DNA of 64,000 bases from Podarcis vaucheri (Eukaryota): NCBI GenBank assembly GCA_965113315.1, contig OZ220365.1, one strand, 5' to 3'. Position 1 is the first letter of the stretch. Every line of letters begins with the position of its first letter. Positions 24,717-37,822 of the stretch are shown here, piece after piece. The notes below the pieces were generated by a model that was not told where the DNA came from, made no database searches, and saw only the letters and a program-made list of their open reading frames with translations. The position numbers and the translations under genes are program-made.

Positions 24717-26419
24717 CCAATGATGCCAGCAACTAGTAGGTCTTGGAATAAACTCACTCATCACTGCACAGAGCTTATGCACCGGAACAGAAAGAAGTGC
24801 TTTGGTGAGATACCTCCATACTGGCTGTGCAAGTCCACCCTTATAGACAGGCTTCCCCCTCCTTGTCTTACAACAGCTCATTTTAATTGTACACAAAGAT
24901 TGTCAGTTGCGGAGCTGGAGGGCAAAATGCTGCTGCTTTTATGGCAGAGGATTTATATTTTCTCTGACATTGCCCAGGCAACACACACCCAATTACAAGG
25001 AAAATCAGAGTCTGGGAAGCAACGATGTTGTTTTGTTCCCAGTAAATTCCATATCTTATATGCAGTCTTTTTTTTTTAATGATGTTTCAGATATTTTGAT
25101 ATCCAGTGTAAAAAGTGTCACAATGCTTGATGACAGAAAGCAAGACAATTGGACTTTCCGAAGGAAAAAAGCTCTTTAGAGTTCCCCCTGATATAACATT
25201 TGTTTACACAGGTCCCTTCCACAGAAACAAATGCCACCCATACTCAGGGAAATAGCACTCATGATATTTTTCTACATTGGTCATACATAGTCCAGAAAAG
25301 TAAGCCAAGGGCACTTTCCCATTCACTGATATATGAAAACTAGGAGCTAAATGGCACCTTCAACCTAGGTTATGGGCGCAACAACGGAATGTGCATTTTT
25401 TTTATAACAATAATACAAAGCTGAAAATGAACTGCAGCTAAAATATTATGTTCATTTTTTACATGGTCTAGTCCTTCCTCTGCTCACCCCACTAATATTC
25501 TTAAGAGGGTCTCTTCTCCAGTCTTCAGAGAGTAGCTGGAAGTGGGAAGGCAGAAAAAAGTCCTCCTTTCCTTCCACTCTGCCATTTTAATCTGAAATCT
25601 TAGGCGCAGTATTGCGCCCGGAGCTCAAAAACTGCTCGCGCTACTGAAATGTCCTGTCGCAAAATGCGCCCAGAACAATGGGAGTTTTGAACACTAATGT
25701 GGGTGCGTCACTCGATGAACAGTAACTGAGTGTGTGAACTGAGTCCTGAAAACACTTCAGGTGATATGAAAATGGTGGCGGTGGTGTTAGATCTGTGATA
25801 GTGTATTCACACATGAAAGCCCCCACCTGGTGCTGAAGATAAATTTGTAAACATGCCTCAGTTTTGCACTACCAGTGGTACTTCGCAAAAAAATGCAAGA
25901 GGCATTAGCTGTGTTTATGGTCCCTTACAGAAAATTAATGACAGCAGAGGTAAAAACCCATTGGAGGTTGAATGTGTAGACCGTGCTGTTTCCATGCGCT
26001 TTGCGTAAATACAAAAAGTACTTTCCATATACTGTTTGTTAGAAGTAGTACAAATGCTACACTCCTCTATAGAATTACAAATGAGAGAAATGGGAAAACA
26101 ATGGTGCTGGAAATCTGCCAGTCATCTATGAATGGTGGCTACACCATGTTTATGAAGTGTCCTAATCAATTGTATTTTGCACCCTGCCTTTCCTCTAAGG
26201 AGCTCAAAGCAGTGTTCTCTTACTGCTGTTGTACCCTCATGGCAACCTGGTCACATAGGTCAGATTGAGAGAAAGGACCCAACCCAAGAATAACCTTGGG
26301 TGCAAACTTCAAGAATGAATAGGAATTTGATCCTGGTTCCCCTGAGTCCTAGTCTTGGACTTCAAGCACTTCAGACGTTACAGCAGCAGTGGGATCTCCT
26401 TTTATGTGGTATTGAGATA

Positions 26420-26646
26420 CAGTGGTACCTCTGGTTAAGAACTTAATTCATTCTGGAGGTCCGTTCTTAACCTGAAACTGTTCTTAACCTGAGGTACCAC
26501 TTTAACTAATGGGGCCTCCGGCTGCTGCTGCACCGCCAGCCGTGCAATTTCTGTTCTCATCCTGAAGCAAAGTTCTTAACCTGAGGTACTATTTCTGGGT
26601 TAGCGGAGTCTGTAACCTGAAGTGTCTGTAACCTGAGGTACCACTG
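26420..26646 (+). mobile_element. Tigger-like MITE, type B
   Basis: TA|CAGTGGTACCTC...GAGGTACCACTG|TA. Confidence 0.9.
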
Positions 26647-28470
26647 TACACTATATCTGGCCTCACATGGGTAGGTCCAATCATGCAGATCTTTCCAACC
26701 TGGTCATTGACCAAGGTCCTAAAAAGATGGTTCTATGCACAAGAAGGATTCATTTAAAAGGCGCTGTGGGTGAAATACCCAGAAAAGCAACTTCCACACT
26801 CCTCCTTTAACATATTGAACTGATAGGAGCGCATCCATTCCCCGTTATCCTGCCATCCCTTTTTCAAGTTGCTGGAATCCGAGGAATCGGCTGTATCTCA
26901 AGTTGGATCTTATACCGTACACAGACTGCAGAATCTTGGAGCTGGTTCTTTGTGTGTGCTGTATTACAGCTTTTAGTCAAGCTAAGTGAGTATTTTATAA
27001 GGGCTTTTTTGTTCTTGTAGTTTCTACATGGCTATCTTAATATCTTCTGGAAGGTTATCACTTGTAAGTGACTGATAAAAGCACATAAATGATTTTGGCT
27101 ACATCTTTTTAACCAAAATAACCGCTATAAATAGGCAGATAATGTCTGGGATCTCCACAGCCTAAGTGCTATAAATAGTTCTTAACATTTTCCCACTTCA
27201 TGCTTTTGAAAAGAACATTCTCCACTTCCTTTCTTCAAGAACCCTGGGGAATTATACTAGAGCACCACTGCTCAAATATATATATATATATTTGGAGAGT
27301 TACAAAAACATGGTTAACGAACTTGATAACAGCCACTACAAAATCCATTGAAGGAGGTCAAGTACACTGAGTTAGCGCTGTTCAAGTCATCATTCATACT
27401 AAACTGTCTAACCCAATTATTTGTCTTCAGCTTGGTTGAAGAATAATGTTACTTTCTAACCTTTCATTTAGGGATTTCAGCCATAGGAATATGGAATGCA
27501 GTTGATGTTCTTTAAGAATTAAAACAAACCATCTAGACCACTAAAGATCTTCTCTTTAGAATGCCCTTCCTGGTGGCATCAGCCTGATTTCAGCAATAAA
27601 TAACTCGGGTAGGAAAGATGGGCTGTACAATATTATTTACGTTTTCTGTACAGTAGTTGGCCCTGAAAACAGACTCCATAGGTGCAGTCAAAATGCCTGA
27701 TCGATAAAAAAACTAGCAGCTGCCTAAGTTCTAGCACACCCTGCTGGCTGAGACATTAAGAAAAAAGCTGCAACAGATGTAAAACTAGGTTAAGGAACTT
27801 TGGGCAGGTTTTTCAGGTTTCGTTAGCATTCAGAAATGCATGTTGAGTCATCGTATTGTCATGTGTTATAAACATGGCCCATGTTTTGCATTCAGACGTT
27901 CCCAGCTTCACCTCCAGTGGCTGTTGTGAAAGACCTTTGGCTGAGGTCCCATGCTGAGGTCCCATACATTTAAAGCACTCTTAAACCAATTCCCCCAGAG
28001 CATCCTAGAAACTGTACTTTGATAAGGGTGCTTAGGGGTCTCAGCAACTCTCAGCACCCTTAACAAACTACAGTTCGCAGGATTCTCTGTGGCTGGCCAA
28101 GAGTGCTTTGCATATATGGTGTGGATGTGACTTTGACCCTGGACATCTGCTGCCAGTCAAAGTAGACAGTACAAGGCTAAACAAATAATCGGACGTGGCG
28201 TAAGTCCAACTTCCTCTGATAAGCCATCCCTGACAGTGCTTAAATGAATGTCGCTGCATGAGCAACAGCGGCTACAGAGGTGCTAGAGGTGGCAGAAAGT
28301 GAGCAATGGAGACAAACAGGAAATAGACACACAAGACTGAAATAGCCCACTGATTCCCATTTCCATCTCATAAAAGGGGTAGTGTGGGATTGAATGATGG
28401 GAAACTGAGAATAGACCAGAGCGTGACAAGAACTCCAGATTTCCACACACACCCCAATACTGATGGACCT

Positions 28471-29115
28471 TGTAATAAAAAATTTAAGGTCTTATATATG
28501 TTCATAAATGTACCAACCAAGCATGTACATAGATATGTGGACCACATGTCTGGAGCAGCACAGGAAGACCATCCTGAAACCATTTTGACTCCCCAACTGA
28601 CCAAATGTTTTCTCTGCGAGGGAGGGGGTGAGGGAACCTTCCCATTGTCTCGGGAATTGGGTAATCACCATCTCAAAGGAATGGGCAGACTACCAGGAAA
28701 GGAATTCAGATAAGGCATTATCAGATAACCTGGCAGACAGGGAAAACAACAACATTCAAATTTATGTTGTAGACCACCTTTTCTGTGATGTAGGTATGAT
28801 GTTTGTGGGAGGTGGTCACCCCTTCTGTGATAGATGTATGATGTATGGAGGGGTGGTTTTGAGCTCCAGGGCAGGGTATTTAAAATGTCTATATAAGGGC
28901 AGGCATACCTTTGTTCTGGGTCCTCCTCCTGCGTGTGAAGAAAGCACCCTGTTGCAACAGCTTTAATAAAGATCAGGCTTACTAGCTGCTTTGCTTCTCA
29001 ATATTCTGTGGTTGGCCTCTGTTATTTTCTCCTACCAATAGGGAACCCACTTAAGGACTCTATACGGACTCTTGGATCCCCCATAAGAGAAGAAGGGTAG
29101 ATTTTGTTTACAACG
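28471..29115 (+). mobile_element. Solo LTR (ERV-like)
   Basis: Termini TGTAAT...TTACAAC(G), with the final CA read as mutated. 4-bp TSD ACCT (28467-28470 / 29116-29119). TATATAA at 28890 and AATAAA at 28965 are in U3-R-U5 order. Confidence 0.7.
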
Positions 29116-29594
29116 ACCTTTTCATTGAAAAGAAAAAGCAGTGATACCAACTGAACATTCCTCAGAAGCCTCTTTGCCTTAAGGCCCATGTCAAAAGCAG
29201 TCCAGCTTTTTCAACTGTGGGTATGTCATGGTTCTCATGCTCCCCTTTTGTTGCAGCCCTATGCATCAAGAGAAATGTAAAAAGACTTGTATCTCCTGGT
29301 TTTCATTCATTGTTCACCTGTTTGCGCTTGTTTGCTTCCCCACCCCACCCCATGCCTTGTAAATAAAATTACTTTTGGTTTAGTCTTTGTTTAGGCCGAC
29401 TCAGCCAGGACACCATCACTGTCAATGCAACTTGTTCTATGTCAGTGGCTTGGAAAATTACTCTGAATGGCTTAATGAAGAAGCATCTGCAAATGCCATG
29501 CTTTGTCGTCACACATAATATAGCTGCTGGAGATGTTCTGTGCCTTGCATCTGTGAAATAATCTGGGAGGTGAAGAAGGCAAGGTTCAGTTCAG

Positions 29595-30170
29595 TTCATA
29601 TCCCACCTTTTCTCCAAAGATATCAAGGTTGTGTCCATGGTTTCCCCTCTTTTATTTAATCCCCAGAACGATCCTGTGAGGTAAGTTAACCTGAGAGGCG
29701 GTGACTGGGCCTAATTCAATCAGTGAGCTTCATGGCCAAGAGGGGATTCAAACTCATGTCTCCCAGGGCCTAGTAAAGGGACCCCTGACCATTAGGTCCA
29801 GTCGCGAATGACTCTGGGGTTGCGGCGCTCATCTCACTTTACTGGCTGAGGGAGCCAGTGTACCGCTTCTGGGTCATGTGGCCAGCATGACTAAGCCGCT
29901 TCTGGTGAACCAGAGCAGCACACGGAAACACCGTTTACCTTCCCGCCGGAGTGGTACCTATTTATCTACTTGCACTTTGACGTGCTTTCGAGCTGCTAGG
30001 TTGGCAGGAGCAGGGACCAAGCAACGGGAACTCACCCCATCGCGGGGATTCGAACCGCCGACCTTCTGAACTGCAAGTCCTAGGCTCTGTGGTTTAACTC
30101 ACAGCGCCACCCACATCCCTTGTGCCCAGGGCCTAGTAAAATACTCTAAACACTACACCACATTGGCTGT
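29595..30170 (-). mobile_element. Old MIR/CORE-like SINE interrupted by a Sauria SINE
   Basis: CORE-like ATCCTGTGAGGTAAG..GGGGATTCAAACTC; the tRNA head resumes after the insert (ACTCTAAACACTACACCACATTGGCT). Confidence 0.6.
29778..30119 (-). mobile_element. Sauria SINE
   Basis: Sauria body with TSD CCCAGGGCCTAGTAAA. Confidence 0.9.
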
Positions 30171-31338
30171 CATGTAAATACAACCTGAACCATACTCTGC
30201 CCAATTCTGGTTCTGTAATGTACACAAAGTCCAAATTTAGGAATACAGCATTTTTCTTTGTCAAAGTTGGGATGTTGGAGGGCTAAGGATCTGATACAAA
30301 ATTATCAGCAACCCTCCTAACTAGACTTCTCCAAGATTCATATGGCCAAGAAAGATTAGTAATGATATTGTTCCCTGTCATAGTCTTCATACAGTAACCC
30401 CGTTATATCATCCATCTAGGACAGCAGAAGGCATAGCTTGAAAACGCAGCTTAGTAAAAGCAAATCAAAGTGAAGCTGGCCAGGGATTTGATGGGTAACT
30501 GGTTCTAAAATGGACCCTTTTTAGAAGGGGAAACCAAGGAGGCTAAATTATAATAATTTTAAAGCCTCCTGAGAACTGATGCTAATTTACATATAACTTA
30601 TTACCACTTTGTTCATTTTTAGCACTGCATTTTGACCCAAGTATGAAGCAAATATATATTAAACCATTTATCTAATCTTGGACAAATGATTTATTGTCCA
30701 TTGGTACATTGGAATGAAGTACCGGTACCAATATTCTGGTAAAAGGTGGCTTGCGGCTGCATGAGAGCTGAATTGCCAATCAAGCTTAAGATCAATCTAA
30801 CTGTTTGCTGAAGCTTTCAAATTCAAGGATGAGCAAACATGCTATTAAAAGCAACGTATTAAACCCTTAATGCTGGCTTTGCTGAAGAAATGGCATGATT
30901 TGGCAGTTGCCCTATAATAGCAAAAGGATTATTCAGACATATATAATTATTTGGATCAAAATGGGAAACTACAAATAGCAAAAAGAAGCTGGCAAACAGC
31001 CAGATGTGGGAATGGACCTGAAAGATGGAGAAAGAGAAGTCTCAGTAAAACTTAAAATGTGGCTTATTGTAAAAGCAAAAGAAGTTGCAACTTACATATT
31101 AATAACAAGCTGGATCCAGACTTAATCACACTTAGTTGCAAGTAACATAAGTTCAGTTGATTTCAATGGGTCTGTTTTAAGGATTTATTTATTTAAAAAC
31201 ATTTCCATACTGATTAATATTTTAAAATTCTCTAAACGCTGTAAACACTAAGTCTAGATGCTTTTTATGTTAGAGGAAATTATGAAATGGTGTCGTATCT
31301 CAATATCATGCAGTCCTATTCTTGCACACATTTAAATA

Positions 31339-31564
31339 CAGTGGTACCTTGGGTTAAGTACTTAATTCGTTCCGGAGGTCTATTCTTAACCTGAAACTGT
31401 TCTTAAACTGAAGCACCACTTCAGCTAATGGGGCCTCCTGCTGCTGCTGCGCTGCCATAGCACGATTTCTGTTCTCATCCTGAAGCAAAGTTCTTAACCT
31501 GAAGCACTATTTCTGGGTTAGCGGAGTCTGTTACCTGAAGCATATGTAACCTGAGGTACCACTG
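31339..31564 (+). mobile_element. Tigger-like MITE, type B
   Basis: TA-flanked CAGTGGTACC TIRs. Confidence 0.9.
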
Positions 31565-32472
31565 TATTATATTATTTTTGAAATTTGTTAGAGGTCTTTT
31601 TTGCCTAGAGGGTGCCCAAATAAGCCTAGAAGATGTCCAATTAGTATAGAAACATATTAGCGGGAACAAATAGTCTCCACACACAAAAATAATAAACATA
31701 GAATTGAGTTTTTCGCATCATTTTACATAATCTTGGGTTTTTTGCGGAGACTGTATTAAATTTTATTCAATCATTATTATTTTTAAAAAGGAACATATAG
31801 AAGTTGCTCTAATTTGCCTCTGTTTATTTCAATGTTGGGCAGCATACTTATTCTAATGTGACATTTACCAGTATCTTTTTTCAGCCCTTACAACAATGTA
31901 AAGTATTACATGCAGTAACGTCAGAAATCATAGTTTTTCAACTTCCCACCCACATCTTGGCTCACATTGCTTGCCTAAATAACCTTAATTCAGCCCTGAG
32001 AAAACATCCAAATAGCAAATATGCGTCCTAAAAATAAAATAAAACCAAGTTGGCGTTGATGGGCAAGGCTGTACTTTCATGATGACTTAAGGCAGGTTAC
32101 CCTAACTCGGTAATTTTTAAACCGTGATAAACTGAAAAGAGCACAGCTACCCTGTCTAAGGATCACAAATAGCTGAGCAGTATAGCATGCTTTAAAAGCT
32201 AGCCATTCCAAAGCAGCTGTTTTTGGCACTAATAGTAGCTGGCCTGGCACCCTAGGGGCTCTGCCCCATGCCTCCCACTGCTGTGAGCATGCTCTTTATT
32301 AGAGGAGAATGACAGGTAGATCCAGCTCAGGCTGAATCTGACATCATGACCTCATGGGAGGTCAAAACAAAGCATCAGTAGGTCTGGCACAATTTGTGAA
32401 TCTGTGCAGTGCAGGCGTGAGATGCTCACGTCTGAATAATCCATGTAGACTTCGTTGTTGCTTTTTAATGTA

Positions 32473-33181
32473 CCGTATTTTTCGCTCTATAGGACGCACT
32501 TCTTCCCCTCCAAAAATGAAGGGGAAATGTGTGTGTGTCCTATGGAGCGAAGGCAGGCTTTCGCTGAAGCCTGGAGAGTGAGAGGGGTTGGTGTGCCTTG
32601 CATCTGTGAAATAATCTGGGAGGTGAAGAAGGCAAGGTTCAGTTCAGTTCCTATCCCACCTTGTCTCCAAAGATATCAAGGTTGTGTCCATGGTTTCCCC
32701 TCTTTTATTTAATCCCCAGAACGATCCTGTGAGGTAAGTTAACCTGAGAGGCGGTGACTGGGCCTAATTCAATCAGTGAGCTTCATGGCCAAGAGGGGAT
32801 TCAAACTCATGTCTCCCAGGGCCTAGTAAAGGAGACTATTTGTTCCTGCTAATATGTTTCTATGCTAATTGGCCATCTTCTAGGCTTAATGGGGCACCCT
32901 CTAGGCTTTCGCTGAAGCCTGGAGAGTGAGAGGGGTTTGTGCGCACCAACCCCTCTCACTCTCCAGGCTTCAGGAAGCTATCCGCAAGCCTTCGGAGTGC
33001 GGCGGGAGTTCCCGCCAGGCTCCGAAGGCTTGCGGATAGCAGCCTGAAGCCCGGGGAGCACAGCGCTGCACACCCCAGGCTTCGGCCAGCTAAATAAATA
33101 AATAAATATTTCTTTATTCCCCCCCCCTAAAAACTAGGTGCGCCCTATGGTCTGGTGCGCCCTATGGAGTGAAAAATATGG
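32473..33181. mobile_element. Non-autonomous Tc1/mariner (pogo-like) element carrying captured local DNA
   Basis: TA|CCGTATTTTTCGCTCTATAGG...CCTATGGAGTGAAAAATATGG|TA, same family as 43596-44232. Contains copies of 29539-29779 and 31603-31678. Confidence 0.88.
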
Positions 33182-33483
33182 TACTTATATCCTGCTGTAT
33201 TTTAAAAGGAAAAAAACCAACTTACAACATAAAACAAAAATCAGTAAACTGCTTACAAATGGTGTAAAACTATGCCTAAAGTCTGTCTAAAATGTTTGAG
33301 GGTTCCTTTTCCTCTTAAAATCTGATAACTCCCCCTGTTTTGGTGTATTTATAAAACCACTGTTGTATTTATCCAACCACTGTTTCTATGTTTTTATTAA
33401 CGGGCAGAGCAGACACTTGGTTATGAGCTATCGGACAGTAGACTCTTAACTGAGTGGGGAAACCATTAAGATATCGGAGATGA

Positions 33484-33975
33484 TCTGCCAAAAAAGCTGA
33501 AAAACATCTTCATGTATGCAACAACAGCCGCAAGAGTTTTAATAGCACAAGGATGGAAGGCTGAAGAAACCCCAACTAAAGAATCATGGCAAGAAAAATT
33601 GATGGATTATGCAGAATTGGCAAAACTGACATACAAGCTACAGGACAAGGATAACTGTGACTTTAAAGATGAGTGGGGACCCTTTACAAAGGATTTGAAG
33701 ACAACAAAGCGAACTGGACTCCTTGGCTGGTTTTGAATAAACATTCACAAACTTTTTATTGATAACAATCAGCTAAATAGTTTGAGGATCTGTACAACTT
33801 TGTAACATGCAGAAAACAGCATTTTTAGAGAAATCAAAGACTGGAACTGAGGGAAGTCGGGGGGTGGGTGGGTTCTGTGGGGGGAGGGATGAAAAATGGG
33901 GGGAATAAGGATGATATGTTTCTGGATAATATGTTTTGTTTTAATTTTGAATAAAAAAGTTATAATTTTAAAAAA
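33484..33975 (+). mobile_element. L1-clade LINE, 5'-truncated
   Basis: Encodes FMYATTAARVLIAQGWK..PTKESWQEKLMDYAELA; AATAAA and poly(A) tail; 16-bp TSD AAGATATCGGAGATGA (33468-33483 / 33976-33991). Confidence 0.9.
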
Positions 33976-35483
33976 AAGATATCGGAGATGAAACAAATGT
34001 CTCTGAAAATTGGGATGATGGTCTTGAGCGAAGTGTGGTTGCAGGGGAAATGTTTTCTGAACGGGTGTCAGAAAATACACTGCAAGTTTTGCAGAAGTAG
34101 TAAAATTATGAAGCTAGCAGAATGCTTGATGCACAATGTCCCTGGGGTAACAAGTAAGCAATCAGTACAAACTGTATTTTACACTTTGTGAAAGAATTAG
34201 CGAGTTCAGTTCCAAAATATTATAGGAGTGGGAGAAAAGAAATTTATAGTGGCAAAGATTCAATAAATATTAAATGTTCAGCTAGTTCATATAAAGGTTT
34301 TCTTTCAGAAACTGTGACTCTCCGGCTGGAAAGTAAATGTAAATAAAGGTGACAGATGTGCAAATATATAATAGCCTAAATTAATACTGTTACTGTTTGC
34401 TTAAAAGAAATTACATTTGTTGGTTGACTAGTCATCAGCATATGATGAATCTATTTCTTATTAGATTATACTACAGTGATATTTTAAAGTATTTTTCTGT
34501 TTTCTGCTTTGTTTTCATCTGAACGCGAATGGGTAGAGGTTGAAAGAGATTCTTAAAACACTTTAGACAAGGCCTTTGAACCATAAATTGAACTTCACCG
34601 ATTTCCTTTATGACACCAGAATAAATTACAATTTTATGCTCTCATCCTCCCTGCAACTTTTCCTGAAGATTGTTTATATATTGATGGGAATCATCCAGCA
34701 AACATATGGGGTTCTATCCCAGCAAACAGCATTCCCTAAATCACTATCCATAGAAAATTCCTCAGAATATACAGGTAAAAAAGCATATTTGTTGCTGTAT
34801 CTTTTCTACAATGTTGCTGTATTTTCTTTGGGCAAGCCAGAGAAGTGTAAACTTCTCATTACTGCTATTCAACAGATAAAGTGGAGTCACCCCAAAAAAG
34901 TTTTCCATGATCCACAAAACAGTTTTTCTTTTTCTTTTTTGGTATGCAAATATTTGTTCTTCAGAGGTGATCCTCTTTCACAGAGCTCCTCAGATGGCAC
35001 TTCTCCAACATTTATTTTGTCTGAGCTCCCCTCTTTGGGTGGAATTCAATAGGCTGGTTTGTTACTGATTTTATTTTAATTTCCATGCTTTAGACTACAT
35101 GCTGATGACTGGTAGCCACGTGAGTGAAGTAATGAGACCAAAAATGTTAAGAGGTGGCATGAAATAACATCTGTGGCAGTCCTAACTTCAGTAAAAAAAA
35201 AAGTGCTCTTAGGTGGGTACAACAATCCATAAAACAAAACTACAAATAAATGTCAGCAGAAGTGTGGGAATGTTCAGGGAGGCAGGAGAGGATATATTGT
35301 TTAATAATATCCTCCCTAACTTGCGTTAGCAAGTTATATAACTTAGTTTTACATTCCCCTTTTAAACGCACAGCGGTTAGCTTGTTGCAAGCTTGTTTAA
35401 GCTTATCAATATTGGATTCCTGTTCATTTCCCCTTTTATCCCTCTGAAAAGAATAGACACAACACAATCTTGTGTAAAGTATA

Positions 35484-35739
35484 CAGCGGTACCTCGGGTT
35501 AAGTACTTAATTCATTCCGGAGGTCCGTTCTTCACCTGTTACTCTTAACCTGAAACTGTTCTTAACCTGAAGCACCTCTTTAGCTAATGGGGCCTCCTGC
35601 TGCTGCTGTGCCGCCGGAGCACGATTTCTGTTCTCATCCTGAAGCAAAGTTCTTAACCTGAAGCACTATTTCTTGGTTAGCGGAGTCTGTAACCTGAAGC
35701 GTATGTAACCTGAAGCATATGTAACCTGAGGTACCACTG
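35484..35739 (+). mobile_element. Tigger-like MITE, type B
   Basis: TA-flanked TIRs CAGCGGTACCTC / GAGGTACCACTG. Confidence 0.9.
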
Positions 35740-36568
35740 TATATAAAAGAAGTTTACTCACACATTCAGTTCACAGATGGATCTCTGAAGGCACTTCGTT
35801 ATGGAGTATATACATGTGGAATCTTTCCCATATGGGAATAGTCCCTTTGTCCTCTGTTGGCTAAAAAGCTGTTGCTCCTACAATGGACAAAATGAAATAG
35901 ACGGTGTGTGCAGCGTGCCTGTCCTTTTGTGTTACCTGGGCAGGTAAAGTCACACCCACCTCTAGTCACATGCAAAAGGAAGCATGTCCCAGTCAGGAGG
36001 AAAGTTTTCTACTGACTGGACCAAACATTCCCTGCAAGTTCACTCCAGGAAATCAAGGAATGCTGTACTTGACTGCTATCAAGTATCACATCCCACATGA
36101 AGTAGAATAAAACAGCAGGCTAAAAACAAGGCTGCTGTTTTACAAAAAGATGTAACTCAGTGGCAGAGCATCTGGCATCAACAGAAAGGACTGGGAGGGA
36201 CCTTGTCTGAAACCCTGGACAGCCATTGTCAGTCAATGGACAACATTGAGCTAGGTGGACCAGTGGTCTCTCTCCATATGTTCCCATGCCTGGGTCTGGG
36301 CCAAAAGGAAGACAGGCTTATTGGGAACGGTATTCCATCCCTTTTTGCCGTAGCCAAAAAAGACGGTATCGAGAAGTAGCATCAGGTACTACTTCATGCA
36401 ACATATAGTCGAACTATGAAACTCACTCCCCCACAAGGCAGGGATGGCCAACAATTTGGATGGCTTTAAAAGAGGACTAGATGATTTCATGGAGAGGGGT
36501 ATCAATGGCTGCTAGCCCTGGTGTCTCTGCTCTGCCTGCACAGATGGAGACAGAAATGCTTCCGAATA

Positions 36569-37079
36569 CAGTGGTACCTCAGGAATTACTTTTATAATGA
36601 AATGATTTTAGAATGTTGTACTGTTTTATTGTTGTTAGCCGCCCTGAGCCTGGCTTCGGCTGGGTAGGGCGGGATGTAAATAAAATTTATTATTATTATT
36701 ATTATTACATCAGGTTAAGTACTTAATTCGTTCCAGAGGTCCGTACTTAACCTGAAACTGTTCTTAACCTGAAGCACCACTTTAGCTAATGGGGCCTCCC
36801 GCTCAGTGGCGTAGCGTGGGTTGTCAGCACCCAGGGCAAGGCAAGTAATTTGCGCCCCCTAACCCGTGGATTTGCGCCCCCTAACCCTAACCCCCAGATG
36901 TTGCGCCCGGTGCGGCTGGCCCCCCTGCACCCCCCACGCTACGCCACTGCTCCCGCTGCTGCCGCGCCGCTGGAGCACGATTTCTGTTCTCATCCTGAAA
37001 CAAAGTTCATAACCTGAGGTACTATTTCTGGGTTAGCGGAGTGTGTAACCTGAAGCGTCTGTAACCTGAGGTACCACTG
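36569..37079 (+). mobile_element. Tigger-like MITE type B with two internal insertions
   Basis: TA-flanked TIRs; an L2 tail is inserted at about 36584-36709 and a hAT MITE at 36804-36949. Confidence 0.88.
36804..36949 (-). mobile_element. hAT MITE with internal CCCTAA repeats
   Basis: TIR CAGTGGCGTAGCGTGGG; 8-bp TSD CTCCCGCT; near-identical reverse complement of 12932-13079. Confidence 0.92.
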
Positions 37080-37822
37080 TACCAGTTGCTGGAAACCATG
37101 GGAGGGGAGAGTGCTTCTTGCGCTCATGCCCACAGGTTCTTGCAGGAAATGATGGAGCTCCTGGTACCCATTTCAAACATGAACAGATGCTTCCAATTTT
37201 CCTCCTAATTCCACACCTGAAATCACATTTTCTGGTCTTCATGGTAATCTGGTATTTTAGATTTCCCCACAACTTGGAACAATATAATAACAGTAACAAC
37301 AACAATAATTTTATTATTTATACCCCGCTCATCTGGCTGGGTTTCCCCAGCCACTCTGGGTGGCTTCCAGAAGAATACAAAAACATAATAAAACGTCAAA
37401 TGTTTAAAAACTTCCCGATGCACCTGTGTCCCTGGCAAGAGATAAGAAAACAGCCACATGTGCTGAACCTTGAGTCAGTCCCTTTTATAGGAGCATAGCA
37501 TTTTGAATACAGGCTTGCTCTTTTGAGACAAAGAAGGACAAAAAGTGCTGGGGCATAGTAGAATTGTTCCTTTTTGTTACCATCTCTATACAGTAGCCTA
37601 AAGTACAGTATGTGCTTCTAAACATGACACCATAAACAGAGTGCATTCCCAAAGCAACTTCCCATGCTTGGTCCAGCAATGAATGTTGGATAATAATTAT
37701 TATTATTATTTTTAAAAAGGTCTATATGCCAGAATACAGTTGCTGGAGTGGAAAGGAGGCAAAGCAGAATGCTTTATCTGTTGAGTTTCTGCCTGTCTCT
37801 CAGCTTGTTAATTGCACCATAA

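Larger units (their letters stand above)
36380..37190 (+). mobile_element. Old CR1 3' fragment hosting nested elements
   Basis: CR1-like GATGGCTTTAAAAGAGGACTAGATGATTTCATGGAG and 3'UTR GAATA|CCAGTTGCTGGAAACC, split at the TA by a MITE. Confidence 0.7.

Noticed and set aside
34576-35052. 158-aa ORF
   Set aside because: Non-ATG start, AT-rich, no recognisable domain or convincing splice structure.
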